Source of the DNA: a virus
IMG/VR virus record: IMGVR_UViG_2895663684_000002
DNA: 64,000 nt
Direction: 5' to 3' (one strand)
Shown here: positions 1-9,476 of the stretch, piece after piece
Layout: each line of letters opens with the position of its first letter
Position numbering within the stretch: the stretch's first letter is position 1
Translations under genes and position numbers: made by a program
Notes under the pieces: model-generated
Told to the model about the DNA's origin: nothing
The model's input: the letters and a program-made list of their open reading frames with translations, nothing else
Database searches by the model: none

Positions 1-758
1 CCATTTGAATTAACAAGATGTTGGGTGCTGACACCTAAGTTTTGAGCGATGATACTTAAAACATCACCAGATTTAACTGTATATGATCCACCTGTTGAGT
101 TACCACTACCAGATACTTGCAAAACTTGTCCTGGATAAATCAAGTTTGGATTACTGATATTGTTCATACTAGCAAGTTGACTTGTGGCCATTCCAAACTT
201 TTGAGCAATTAAACTTAATGCATCGCCTGATTGGACGGTATAAGTTCCATTTGATGGTTGAGGTGTGGGCTGTGGTGCTGGTGCTGGACTTCCACCTAAT
301 ACTTCTGTATCCCAAGCAGTCAAACTGTTTGCGTTGATTGTTGACATGATTTTGCCTACATAGTTTGGGTCTGTGGCATAGCCAGCACGCCAGATAGCTG
401 TAATTTGTGCGTTAGGGTCTTTTAGTCCCAAAGCTCCATCATAACGATTAGGTTTGTTTCCATAGTTAGTCAAAAAACCGCCGTAGTCTAAAATAGATGT
501 ATTCCAGTTCGGATACACTCGGAAGCTATCTACAATGCCGATAGGCGTTTTGCCATCGTAATATTCTGTGGTTGGCAATGAAACGCCGGCGCCTTTAATA
601 CCGAATAGATTATTGTATTTCGATGCTAGTGAACTACTTCCCCATCCACTTTCAAGCGCTGCTTGCGCTGCTGCAACACTTGGCAAAATACCGTACAATT
701 TCCATAAAGATAAACACCCTGGTTTGATTTGATTTAAAAAATTAGTTGCATTACTCAT
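1..758 (-). CDS. Endolysin (GH73 glucosaminidase + LysM), truncated by window start
   Basis: Same sequence as the full copy at 33311..34117; ATG at 758 overlaps the holin stop. Confidence 0.9.
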   Translation of the reverse strand, partial: MSNATNFLNQIKPGCLSLWKLYGILPSVAAAQAALESGWGSSSLASKYNNLFGIKGAGVSLPTTEYYDGKTPIGIVDSFRVYPNWNTSILDYGGFLTNYGNKPNRYDGALGLKDPNAQITAIWRAGYATDPNYVGKIMSTINANSLTAWDTEVLGGSPAPAPQPTPQPSNGTYTVQSGDALSLIAQKFGMATSQLASMNNISNPNLIYPGQVLQVSGSGNSTGGSYTVKSGDVLSIIAQNLGVSTQHLVNSN

Positions 759-1153
759 TATTTTTCATCCTCCTTGTTTTCAATAGTATCTTGCAAGATT
801 CCTAGATATTTTTTTAAGAATCCAATGTTTACACCCATTTCACCCATATTTTCTAAAATGCTTCCCAACTCATAGATGGTTAAAATAATCGTCCACCAAA
901 AAGCGATATTAATTGGAATGCTAATACTCATTAGTGGTGCTAGATCATCAATGATTCCAGCAGCAATAATTGTAAAGAAGGTTACGAACTTAATTAGTAA
1001 TCCTTCGATATTTAATGCTGAACGCCAGTTGTGGTCTTTTAGAGCTTTGATATAACCAGTGACTAAATCTAATAGTAAAGCTGTTAAATACAATGACATA
1101 ACGGGACTTCCTCCTTTAAAAATAAATTCTAGTAAGTGATTGATAAATTGCAT
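758..1153 (-). CDS. Holin (phage_holin_4 / TcdE-like)
   Basis: 131 aa with hydrophobic TM segments, D-x-x-TG and E-x-x-SI-x-EN motifs; directly upstream of the endolysin. Confidence 0.88.
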   Translation of the reverse strand: MQFINHLLEFIFKGGSPVMSLYLTALLLDLVTGYIKALKDHNWRSALNIEGLLIKFVTFFTIIAAGIIDDLAPLMSISIPINIAFWWTIILTIYELGSILENMGEMGVNIGFLKKYLGILQDTIENKEDEK

Positions 1154-1172
1154 TTGATGACCCTCTTTTCAT

Positions 1173-1206
1173 AAAATTAAAAGAAGCTACTGTTTAGCAG
1201 CTTCTT
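1173..1206 (-). terminator. Intrinsic terminator between tail genes and lysis cassette
   Basis: Minus strand AAGAAGCTGCT-AAAC-AGTAGCTTCTT followed by TTAATTTT. Confidence 0.6.
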
Positions 1207-1321
1207 TGTTTTCTTCAACTATTTTCTTTACTTTCTCTCTAATTGGCAATGGTACTTGTTCAATCGTACGCTTTCCACTAATCACATGATCCGCATAGAG
1301 TTCAATCAAATTATTCAACAT
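1187..1321 (-). CDS. Small 44-aa tail-end protein (XkdX/CD1375-like), not in ORF track
   Basis: Manual translation MLNNLIELYADHVISGKRTIEQVPLPIREKVKKIVEENKEAAKQ; start overlaps the end of the upstream gene; typical position. Confidence 0.75.
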   Translation of the reverse strand: MLNNLIELYADHVISGKRTIEQVPLPIREKVKKIVEENKEAAKQ

Positions 1322-1598
1322 TTGTCTCACCACCAGAAAGAATTAAATCTGCTAATTCTAAAACCGTATTTTCTAAACTTTCCACTCTGTCTTTTTCTGT
1401 TTGTTCATTTTCAAAAGGCGGATTCATCTCTGCTTCTGTTGCTGTTTCCGTCCATTGATTTGTTCTGAAACTGAACTTGGGTTTCCAACAAGGTTGTGGC
1501 GGTTGAATATCAGTCCACGGTCTCTCACATGAAACATCATCTTCAACTAGCTGTGTTTCTGAAAATCCTATTTTTTCAACTTTATAGATTTCCTTCAT
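1311..1598 (-). CDS. Hypothetical tail-end phage protein
   Basis: 95-aa ORF with GGAGG RBS, between RBP and the XkdX-like gene. Confidence 0.7.
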   Translation of the reverse strand: MKEIYKVEKIGFSETQLVEDDVSCERPWTDIQPPQPCWKPKFSFRTNQWTETATEAEMNPPFENEQTEKDRVESLENTVLELADLILSGGETNVE

Positions 1599-1609
1599 AT
1601 TTTGACCTC

Positions 1610-3238
1610 CTAATCCACGTAATATATAGCTTCAATGTAGCAATAATCACCAGATGAATTATTATATACTGATAACATTTTCCCACCCCAAAAACGTACA
1701 ATGGCAGTCCGAGTTGTGTCTGAATTTGAGAAAGTTACCCTAACTAGCGATTGATATTTCGGTGCATATCCTGGTGGTGGCGTCCAAATTACAGCCCCTC
1801 CACCTTCTGGAACTCTTAAATATCCACTTATAATAACTAGATTGTTCACTTTTCGATAGTATACTGGATCATCGTTGTTGTTAATTGCTCCACCTGTTAA
1901 TGTGGCTTTTATCAAACCGCTATCTGTAATTTTATCTTGTTTTTTTGCTAATTCAGTATTAGTGTATTTTTTAAAGTCATCAATATCTTTCTTAATTTCA
2001 TTTTTGGTTACTTCCATTTGTGTTTCTACAGCTTTTTTAAAGATATCCAATTCTTCTTTAGTTGCAAAAATATCTCTTAGCGATAATTCGACTGTGTATT
2101 CTAAACTTGCATAGTCAATATAAATCGCACTAGCTGTTTTTCCGTCTGAAGGTTCAGCATAAACAAGCGCATATGCATAGCCGTCATTTTGAATATATTT
2201 TTGAGCAATACTTGCGTTTAATTGATTATATTTAAGTTCTTTTGTTTTATCGGTTACGTTTGTTTCAGACCCAGTCCAACCACTGTTTACGAATACCTTA
2301 AAACTTGCTTTATTTCCTGCGCTGTTTCTCCCTCTTGTATGCGTTGATATTGATATCGCACGTATATACCCATTAAACTTATTAACATCAATATCAAAGT
2401 TAGAAAGTTTACGTTTAAAATCTTCTAAGACGTTATATTTAAATAACATTTGACTACTGTAATTACCTGAATTTATTGTAATTGTTGTAATGACATCATC
2501 TTTATAACTGATATTCTTATACAGTCCTGCGTCTAATTCTAACGTACCTTTTAATGTATTTGGATCAATTAAATCTATTAATCCAACACCGCTATATGGC
2601 GTACGATACGCTATATTAGGATTTTCAACTAATGACCCAACTACTTTATCTTTATAATCCATCGTAAACGTAGCGCTTATTTTTTCGCCAGCTATCAGTT
2701 TAATAAGCATACGGTCTATTTCTTCTTTGCTGTATGTGTTCATGGCTTTGAACATTTCTAGAAGTACGTCTAGTCGTTCTTTGAAATCTTTGTAGTCATT
2801 GGCTAAATTTAGTCCCATTTCTTCGAGTTTACGTTTAAGTTCTTCAAACTCCCAAATATAATTTCCTTGATTTACTTCTTTACAATGACCTTGAATCACA
2901 CGATACTCAAAGTTTGCTGTACTATCACGAGTACCATTAATTTCAAAGCTAAACCATAGTGAAATGTCACCTAGACATTGCCAAAAGCTATCAATCAAAG
3001 TATAAGAAAAATGACCATTTTTAGGATTGATTAAATCAGTCACTTTATCCCTAACAGTTGACTGGTTCGGCATTTTACTATTTAAATAAATATCATAGCC
3101 TGTCAAATCAACTAATTTGTCATGTTCGTATACCGTTACGGATAACTGTTGGGTCATCGTATCATCTTGGCGTATTTTGATTAACCCAACGTCATTATTC
3201 GGTTCAGTTGTGCTTAAATTGAGTTTATATGTTGTCAT
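1610..3238 (-). CDS. BppU-family baseplate / receptor-binding protein
   Basis: N-terminal RQDD...DUF2479-like region, coiled-coil neck, beta-rich C-terminal head (VYYRKVNNLVIISG...PPGYAP); follows Tal. Confidence 0.8.
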   Translation of the reverse strand: MTTYKLNLSTTEPNNDVGLIKIRQDDTMTQQLSVTVYEHDKLVDLTGYDIYLNSKMPNQSTVRDKVTDLINPKNGHFSYTLIDSFWQCLGDISLWFSFEINGTRDSTANFEYRVIQGHCKEVNQGNYIWEFEELKRKLEEMGLNLANDYKDFKERLDVLLEMFKAMNTYSKEEIDRMLIKLIAGEKISATFTMDYKDKVVGSLVENPNIAYRTPYSGVGLIDLIDPNTLKGTLELDAGLYKNISYKDDVITTITINSGNYSSQMLFKYNVLEDFKRKLSNFDIDVNKFNGYIRAISISTHTRGRNSAGNKASFKVFVNSGWTGSETNVTDKTKELKYNQLNASIAQKYIQNDGYAYALVYAEPSDGKTASAIYIDYASLEYTVELSLRDIFATKEELDIFKKAVETQMEVTKNEIKKDIDDFKKYTNTELAKKQDKITDSGLIKATLTGGAINNNDDPVYYRKVNNLVIISGYLRVPEGGGAVIWTPPPGYAPKYQSLVRVTFSNSDTTRTAIVRFWGGKMLSVYNNSSGDYCYIEAIYYVD

Positions 3239-3250
3239 GTTTTACCTCCT

Positions 3251-5869
3251 TTATTCATTTAAATTGAGATATCCAGATGGGTCCTGGTTAAAACCATCCT
3301 TATTTTTCAGAGAAAAATGTAAATGCGCTCCATCAGAATTACCAGTATTTCCAAGTTCTCCAATTTGTTGACCTCTAGCAACTTTATCCCCTTTATTGAC
3401 AAATCTTTTGTTTAAATGAGCGTATGTTGTTTGGTTACCATCTTCATGTGCAATAACGACATACTCCCCTAAATCATCTTTAAAATCGGATTTAAGAACA
3501 TAGCCATCTTGTACCGAAAACACTGGAACACCTAACTCATCGGTTAAATCAATTGCTTCATGGTCTAATGAGTAATGTTGTGATATATAAAATCCATCAA
3601 CTAGTGGCAATCCATAACCAATTCTTGCTGATCTCTTTGATCGTGATTTACTTCTTAACTTATCGTACCAACGTTGAGCTTGTGTTACACGAATCGGTTG
3701 ATTTGGGTCTCCTGGTCGCTCGTAGCACTTAATAAATGCCAATGCACATTCACTAATAGATGTTTTTTGAGTGAATTCTCTAAATGAATAGTAATACGGT
3801 GAAATTGCAATCCATTGTTGATTGTTTTCAACTTCCCATTGAATTCTCTTACATTGAGTATCAAGTGTTCTGTAATCTAAGCCATTAGCATTCGCCCAAT
3901 TGACTAATTTAGATTTAGGGGTCCACTGTACAAGACCATAACCAGTACCTCCACCTATTTCATCAATATCTGGTCTGATACCACTTTCAGTCTCCATGTT
4001 ACCCAACATCCCAGCAATTGATTGTTCAGTCCATCCACGTTGTTTAAAGAACGTCCAAATTGACCATGCATTCTTTTCCTGTTCAGTAGTTAGCCCAGGA
4101 GGAACTTCACCACCAGTACCAGGAATGACTGGTTTACCGTTAACAATTAGATTACCTTGAATTCCTATATTTCCAGCATGTGACCAGTCGCCTTTTGAAT
4201 CAATATTTCCATTCTTACTAAACTGCATCCCGAAATTAGGAGCTGGGGAAATTTGAATAATCTCTCCTGCAGCTTCAAGATTAATAAAGATTGATTTATC
4301 CGTATAAGCTTCACTACCAGCAACCCAATCAAATTGATAGCCACTTGTACCCATTCGACCAAGTGAGGTATTTCCTTTCCAAAACTGCATCCCTTGCTTT
4401 GTTAATTCCATAATTCGAGTGCCAGCATTTTTTATTACTAATGCATTGTTTACTAGTTCTAAAGTATCACCAATACCATTAAATCCAACACGTAACATTT
4501 CAGCGTTAAACCTTCCAGCAGTGACAACTGTAGCCACAATTTGACCGTCTGCAGTCATAGCAACTTCATATGGACCATTTACACCGTTTTTAGAATGACC
4601 TAATCCACCTAGATTCCAACGCCATACATTTTTTGCAGTATTAACATTTTCAGTATCCATGATAAGGATTTCAGAAGGTTTATTTTTCGGTCTAAATCTT
4701 ACATATCCGCCAACTGATCCAGTGATTTGATTGGTGGCATTGATAATTTTGTCTGTTAAAATATTGGACGTCTCTTTTAAATTTTTAAGAACGTCATTAA
4801 CTTGCGAATTGACAGTATTAGAGTACATTTCCAAATCATTGCCAAGTACCATGTCCTTATATTGAGCCAAACGTGGAAAGAAATTATATTCAATCATTCG
4901 TTCCTCAATATCATCAAAGCCATCAATTGAGACATGAATTGTATCACCGATTTGTAATTCTACTAAATTACTAAATTCTTTATATTCTTCTGTTTTAGCT
5001 AAATCAATAATAGAAATCTCATGAGTGATACGTGGTAAGTGAATTTTACTTTTATCAAATAAATCTTGTCCCCACTTCTTCAGTTCATCAAGGTTCTTAC
5101 AATCTGAGTTTGTTCTCGTTCCAATGATTCGATTTTTATTTGTTGTCCCTTCAACTTCTAAATACTTATATACAATCGGGTCTTGTTCACCTTCGTAATC
5201 GGAACCTTCTGGAACTGCGCCAATAAGATACAAACTATTGACGATACTTTGGTGGTCTGTAGTTTCTTTAATTGAATCTAAATTGATTCCAAAATCAACT
5301 CTAAACCCACGATCTGATCCAAGTTGTTTTTTTAAAGATAAATTGAAATTATCCATATCCAGTTCGCCACCAGTTACGCCAGTTAAGTTCTGTCCTCCAT
5401 TGTTAGAACCTATCAGAATGTCAATAGGATTGCCTTCCTTAGCGGTAAACTGATGATTGGTAATAATATCAGAAGAGTAGTTAAAACGTTGTTCAAACGC
5501 TAATGATTGCTCCAAACCACTCATGATTTTAGCACCACTTCCGTTACTTTCAAAAAAAGATTCAATAAAATTTCGTTTTGCATCGTAACAGATATGAAAG
5601 GCAAAAATTTCTATGGTTGTCAGTGTTTTTTCTGCTAACAATATTCTAAATAATTGCCAACTACGGTCTGGGCAATAAGCCTTAATAATCCCACCATTTT
5701 TAATGTACTTCGCATTTTGACCAATTAATGAATATATACCATTGAAGGTGAATTCGTTGTTAATGACACGTTTTATAACTGGTTCATCTTCAAAATCAAT
5801 CAAAGTGATCCCATTATGATTGAAATCCGTTTCTACTTCTTCATATAAATAAATATGATTCACAACCAT
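3251..5869 (-). CDS. Tail-associated lysin / tail spike (Tal) with phage-lysozyme and M23 peptidase domains
   Basis: Prophage-tail endopeptidase-like N-terminus; IAGMLGNMETESG and GYGLVQWT lysozyme motifs; M23 HxxxD (HEAID) and HxH (HLH); follows Dit. Confidence 0.88.
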   Translation of the reverse strand: MVVNHIYLYEEVETDFNHNGITLIDFEDEPVIKRVINNEFTFNGIYSLIGQNAKYIKNGGIIKAYCPDRSWQLFRILLAEKTLTTIEIFAFHICYDAKRNFIESFFESNGSGAKIMSGLEQSLAFEQRFNYSSDIITNHQFTAKEGNPIDILIGSNNGGQNLTGVTGGELDMDNFNLSLKKQLGSDRGFRVDFGINLDSIKETTDHQSIVNSLYLIGAVPEGSDYEGEQDPIVYKYLEVEGTTNKNRIIGTRTNSDCKNLDELKKWGQDLFDKSKIHLPRITHEISIIDLAKTEEYKEFSNLVELQIGDTIHVSIDGFDDIEERMIEYNFFPRLAQYKDMVLGNDLEMYSNTVNSQVNDVLKNLKETSNILTDKIINATNQITGSVGGYVRFRPKNKPSEILIMDTENVNTAKNVWRWNLGGLGHSKNGVNGPYEVAMTADGQIVATVVTAGRFNAEMLRVGFNGIGDTLELVNNALVIKNAGTRIMELTKQGMQFWKGNTSLGRMGTSGYQFDWVAGSEAYTDKSIFINLEAAGEIIQISPAPNFGMQFSKNGNIDSKGDWSHAGNIGIQGNLIVNGKPVIPGTGGEVPPGLTTEQEKNAWSIWTFFKQRGWTEQSIAGMLGNMETESGIRPDIDEIGGGTGYGLVQWTPKSKLVNWANANGLDYRTLDTQCKRIQWEVENNQQWIAISPYYYSFREFTQKTSISECALAFIKCYERPGDPNQPIRVTQAQRWYDKLRSKSRSKRSARIGYGLPLVDGFYISQHYSLDHEAIDLTDELGVPVFSVQDGYVLKSDFKDDLGEYVVIAHEDGNQTTYAHLNKRFVNKGDKVARGQQIGELGNTGNSDGAHLHFSLKNKDGFNQDPSGYLNLNE

Positions 5870-6570
5870 GCACTCCTTTTTACTATCGTTGCGCTTTTTA
5901 TGTTTCCATCAATCGTAATTAAATTCTTTCCTGGATTTAACTTTAATCCGTTATAAGTTCCACGAGTTTTCACAATTGAACCGTCAAAAATAGCCAGACC
6001 CTTTTCACTATCCAAAGTGATAAGTCCAGCTTGCGTATTTAACAATGTAAAAATATTATTTTCTATTTCAATCGTGATATCACCACCACTACTCATAAAC
6101 TCAAAATAAGGATAAGAAGGGATATCACCAGGATTTATAATAGTATTTTCTCCTTTATTCAATAAGGAAGTATTTTCAACAACCTTATATCTAAAAGGCT
6201 GACAATCAAAATTAACCTCAAATTTATAAAATACTCCCCATTCATTTTCAAATTCAATTGGTTTACTCATGACAACTCGCGCAAGTCTGTATTTATCCAC
6301 ATCATTATGAGTAATTAATTTTCCAGAACCTCTAAAGATTTTTTTAAAGCTATGAATTTTTTCATAGGGAATACTCATTTCAATTGAATAATCAAAAGAA
6401 TCATAGTCTCCTAAGCTTTGATGTAACGATCCATTACGACCTCTCAACTTTATGACTTCAACACGTTCATTTGCCATCATTTCGGCTAGTTCGTCCTCTA
6501 TGACCGCATGCAAATCAATTAATGAATTGTATCCATTCCAGATAATAAAAGGTGTATAGTGACCTAACAT
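5860..6570 (-). CDS. Distal tail protein (Dit)
   Basis: Between TMP and Tal; GRNGSL and VNFDCQPFRY motifs typical of siphophage Dit. Confidence 0.85.
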   Translation of the reverse strand: MLGHYTPFIIWNGYNSLIDLHAVIEDELAEMMANERVEVIKLRGRNGSLHQSLGDYDSFDYSIEMSIPYEKIHSFKKIFRGSGKLITHNDVDKYRLARVVMSKPIEFENEWGVFYKFEVNFDCQPFRYKVVENTSLLNKGENTIINPGDIPSYPYFEFMSSGGDITIEIENNIFTLLNTQAGLITLDSEKGLAIFDGSIVKTRGTYNGLKLNPGKNLITIDGNIKSATIVKRSAWL

Positions 6571-8820
6571 TTAAGCACCTCCTAAAGCAAATCTTGATTT
6601 TTTAGAAGCCTTTGCGATATTTCGATTTAAGCGGTCAACTTCATTCATTGAGTTCGTATTTACAGCCCCAATATGAATATGTTGTTCAACTGTTCCGCCT
6701 TCTAATTTTCCAGTGATTCCTTTTTTCTTTTCATTCTCATTTAAAGGTGTTACGGTAGTTTTACCACCTCGGTTACTCAATAACTCAGGACCCGCTTCAC
6801 CAACAATCGCCTGACCATTTAATAAGTGTCCACCACTTGCCAACATTGGAATTTGCGGAATACTAAAACCTTTGCCACCGATGCCAGGTACCCATTTTGG
6901 AATTTTTATTTTACTAAGACCACCAATGAAACCATTAATCATACCAATCATCGCATTAATCGGAGCTTTCATTCCGTTTGGTAACATCTTCATTACGCCT
7001 TGAAAAATATCTTTAATTCCATCCCAAGCTTTAGACCAATTACCTGTAAATACACCCGTTAAAAAGTCTATTAAACCTCCAAAATATTGCTTTATTCCAT
7101 CAATTTTGCTCCCAATTAAATCCATCATTGATGTAAATATTTTACTTGCAAAATCACCAATCCAACTAAATGCACTATTAACTCCATCTCTAAACCATTC
7201 TACATTATTATACGCCCAAACTAATCCAGCGATAAATGCAGCGATAGCAATTACTATTAAACCAAATGGACTAGTTAGGAATCCTAAAACAGTTCCAAGC
7301 ATTTTAACGCCTGTAATAATTTTAGTGACACTACCCATAACAGTTCCTAAAACTACCAATAAAGGACCCACTGCTGCAATTATTCCAGCAACTTTAACAA
7401 TTGTTTGTTTCTGTTCATCAGATAATCCACGAAACCATTCAGTCAAAGATGATATAGCCTTACTCGCAGCTTCAAATGTAGGTAAAAGAGCTATTTGAAC
7501 CTGTTCACCTAACTCTCCCATCCCTACTTTCATTTGATTTTGAGCTAGTTTTGCCTGGTCGATAGGGTCTAAAATAGCGGTAAATGTTTGGTCCACAGTA
7601 CCAGCAGCATTAGCTGCTGAATTACCTAATCCATCCATACTTAATGCACCACTATCAATAGCTTCAACCATTTTAGGCGCTGCTTTTGCTCCAAATACTT
7701 CACTAGCCACAGTTAACTTATCCTGTTCATTAGTTGCACTTCTAATAGATTCTATCGTACCATTCAAGCCATCCTGCATCGTTTTACCATCTTTAGCATA
7801 ATTAACATTAGCCTTAGCTAAATATCCAATAGCACCAGCAGAATCAATACCTGCTTTTTCCATTTGACCAATTAATGTAGTTGATTCTGCAAAACCTAAC
7901 CCCATATTTTTAAGTTGAGGTGCCCCTTTATTTACAGCATCAAATAATTGATCCACACTTACACCAGTATCTTGACTTGTTTTACTCATAACGTCTAGTA
8001 CCATTGGAACGTCTTTTACCGATAATCTGAACAAATCTACAGATTTTTTTGCATTAATTGTAGATTGAGATACATCAGATTCATTAATTTCAGAAAACTT
8101 AAGCATTCGTTCAGTAGTTCCTTCTAGTTCATCTCCCATTAACCCAAATTGAGTATTAACTTCCCCAATTCCAGTAGATATATCCTCCATCTCGGCAGGA
8201 ATTACGTTAACTACATTTTTAAAACTTTCTTGTAACGAATCTAATTGATCTCCTCTGGCACCTGTCGCTGTAGTTATACTGTCTAGTGAATTATCTAACT
8301 CTTTAAATGCAGACAATGAGGCTGCTCCTATTGCTAATATAGGAGCAGTTAGAGCCACTGACATCCCTTTACCTACACCTTTTACTTTTTCGCCAGCTTC
8401 TTCAATTTTTTTAATTTTTTCAGCTGTTGAAACAGAAACATCACCTTGTTTTTTCAAGGCTTCGTTCGTGTCCTCTAAAGCACTTTTTAACTTATTCTCT
8501 CCTGTTTCACTATCGAGTAAAGCTTTATAAAGTTTTTGAGATTCTTTTGAATATTCACCAGTTTCTTTTACAGATTCCTCGTATTCTTTCCGCAACATTT
8601 CAGTACGTTTTTCAGCACCTTCGAGTTGTATTTCAAGTTTCTTTTTAGCTGCAGTTAACTTAGCAGTTTCGCTTGCATCTTGCCCCATTGCTGAAATTTG
8701 AGTTTTATACTCTTTGGCAGCAGTGTTCATTACTCCGTTGATTTCTTTTAGGGTAGTTGCATATTGTACTTGACCGTCCATCTTAAAATTAAGGACTACA
8801 TCTGATTCTTTTTTTCCCAT
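6571..8820 (-). CDS. Tail tape measure protein
   Basis: 749 aa, Ala/Gly-rich helical repeats, hydrophobic W/F repeats, ASGG...VGEAGPE C-terminal motif. Confidence 0.93.
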   Translation of the reverse strand: MGKKESDVVLNFKMDGQVQYATTLKEINGVMNTAAKEYKTQISAMGQDASETAKLTAAKKKLEIQLEGAEKRTEMLRKEYEESVKETGEYSKESQKLYKALLDSETGENKLKSALEDTNEALKKQGDVSVSTAEKIKKIEEAGEKVKGVGKGMSVALTAPILAIGAASLSAFKELDNSLDSITTATGARGDQLDSLQESFKNVVNVIPAEMEDISTGIGEVNTQFGLMGDELEGTTERMLKFSEINESDVSQSTINAKKSVDLFRLSVKDVPMVLDVMSKTSQDTGVSVDQLFDAVNKGAPQLKNMGLGFAESTTLIGQMEKAGIDSAGAIGYLAKANVNYAKDGKTMQDGLNGTIESIRSATNEQDKLTVASEVFGAKAAPKMVEAIDSGALSMDGLGNSAANAAGTVDQTFTAILDPIDQAKLAQNQMKVGMGELGEQVQIALLPTFEAASKAISSLTEWFRGLSDEQKQTIVKVAGIIAAVGPLLVVLGTVMGSVTKIITGVKMLGTVLGFLTSPFGLIVIAIAAFIAGLVWAYNNVEWFRDGVNSAFSWIGDFASKIFTSMMDLIGSKIDGIKQYFGGLIDFLTGVFTGNWSKAWDGIKDIFQGVMKMLPNGMKAPINAMIGMINGFIGGLSKIKIPKWVPGIGGKGFSIPQIPMLASGGHLLNGQAIVGEAGPELLSNRGGKTTVTPLNENEKKKGITGKLEGGTVEQHIHIGAVNTNSMNEVDRLNRNIAKASKKSRFALGGA

Positions 8821-8835
8821 TTTCTCACCTCACTT

Positions 8836-9090
8836 TTACCAAAAAGGACTTTGACTTATCGACATTGTTTCTGGTTGTTTGTCATTAAAATCGGTATTAG
8901 CATTTAGCCAATGGATATAACTTTTAAGCCACAAGTTTGGAGTTGATTTTAATAAAAAATCAACATCCCAACCTAACAAGGTTATTGCAACATATAAATA
9001 AAAATCCCAAGGAGTACCTACTTCTTGGGATTCTTGATTTGATTTTTTTTGTTGCTTCTCTGAAAATCTTGTGGCTTCTTGGATTTTTTT
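8836..9090 (-). CDS. Tail assembly chaperone -1 frameshift extension (gpGT-like)
   Basis: The -1 frame of the chaperone reads ...PWDFYLYVAITLLGWDVDFLLKSTPNLWLKSYIHWL...SPFW*. It has no ATG/RBS of its own. Slippery A-AAA-AAA at 9090..9084 and A-AAA-AAT at 9048..9042. Confidence 0.75.
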   Translation of the reverse strand, partial: KKIQEATRFSEKQQKKSNQESQEVGTPWDFYLYVAITLLGWDVDFLLKSTPNLWLKSYIHWLNANTDFNDKQPETMSISQSPFW

Positions 9091-9476
9091 AGGTCACCAA
9101 CTTGGAAATTATTATTTGAGAAAATTTTCATACAAACTGAATATATTTCAAGCATATCATTACCAACTCCAACCAATTTGCTAACTGTCTCACAGTCTTC
9201 TTCTAATCCACCTGTTTTCAGCATTGCGAATATTAAACTACGCATAATTTTTAGATCATTAGCAGTTAATTTACTTGAAGTTAATTCGCCATCTAAACGT
9301 TTTAGCATATCGTTTGTATCTTTTTCAAATTTTGAATAATCATCATCATACACATCCGCAATATATTCCATAGATTCCATATGAAAATCTACAGGGAAAA
9401 ATTGACCACGAATTTTTACTTTTTCACTCGAATCAATATCATCTAATTTTATACCGTAATCAGATAATTTAGCCAT
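9018..9476 (-). CDS. Tail assembly chaperone (gpG-like)
   Basis: Between MTP and TMP; carries slippery sequences near its 3' end. Confidence 0.8.
   Translation of the reverse strand: MAKLSDYGIKLDDIDSSEKVKIRGQFFPVDFHMESMEYIADVYDDDYSKFEKDTNDMLKRLDGELTSSKLTANDLKIMRSLIFAMLKTGGLEEDCETVSKLVGVGNDMLEIYSVCMKIFSNNNFQVGDLKKSKKPQDFQRSNKKNQIKNPKK

Noticed and set aside
1610-3238. Diversity-generating retroelement or invertible RBP shuffling
   Set aside because: No reverse transcriptase, invertase, or second partial RBP copy within the 33-kb unit.
7106-7498. Plus-strand ORFs inside the structural and replication operons (e.g. 7106..7498, 14916..15257, 17467..17775, 9079..9339)
   Set aside because: Antisense shadows of well-supported minus-strand genes, with no recognisable motifs.
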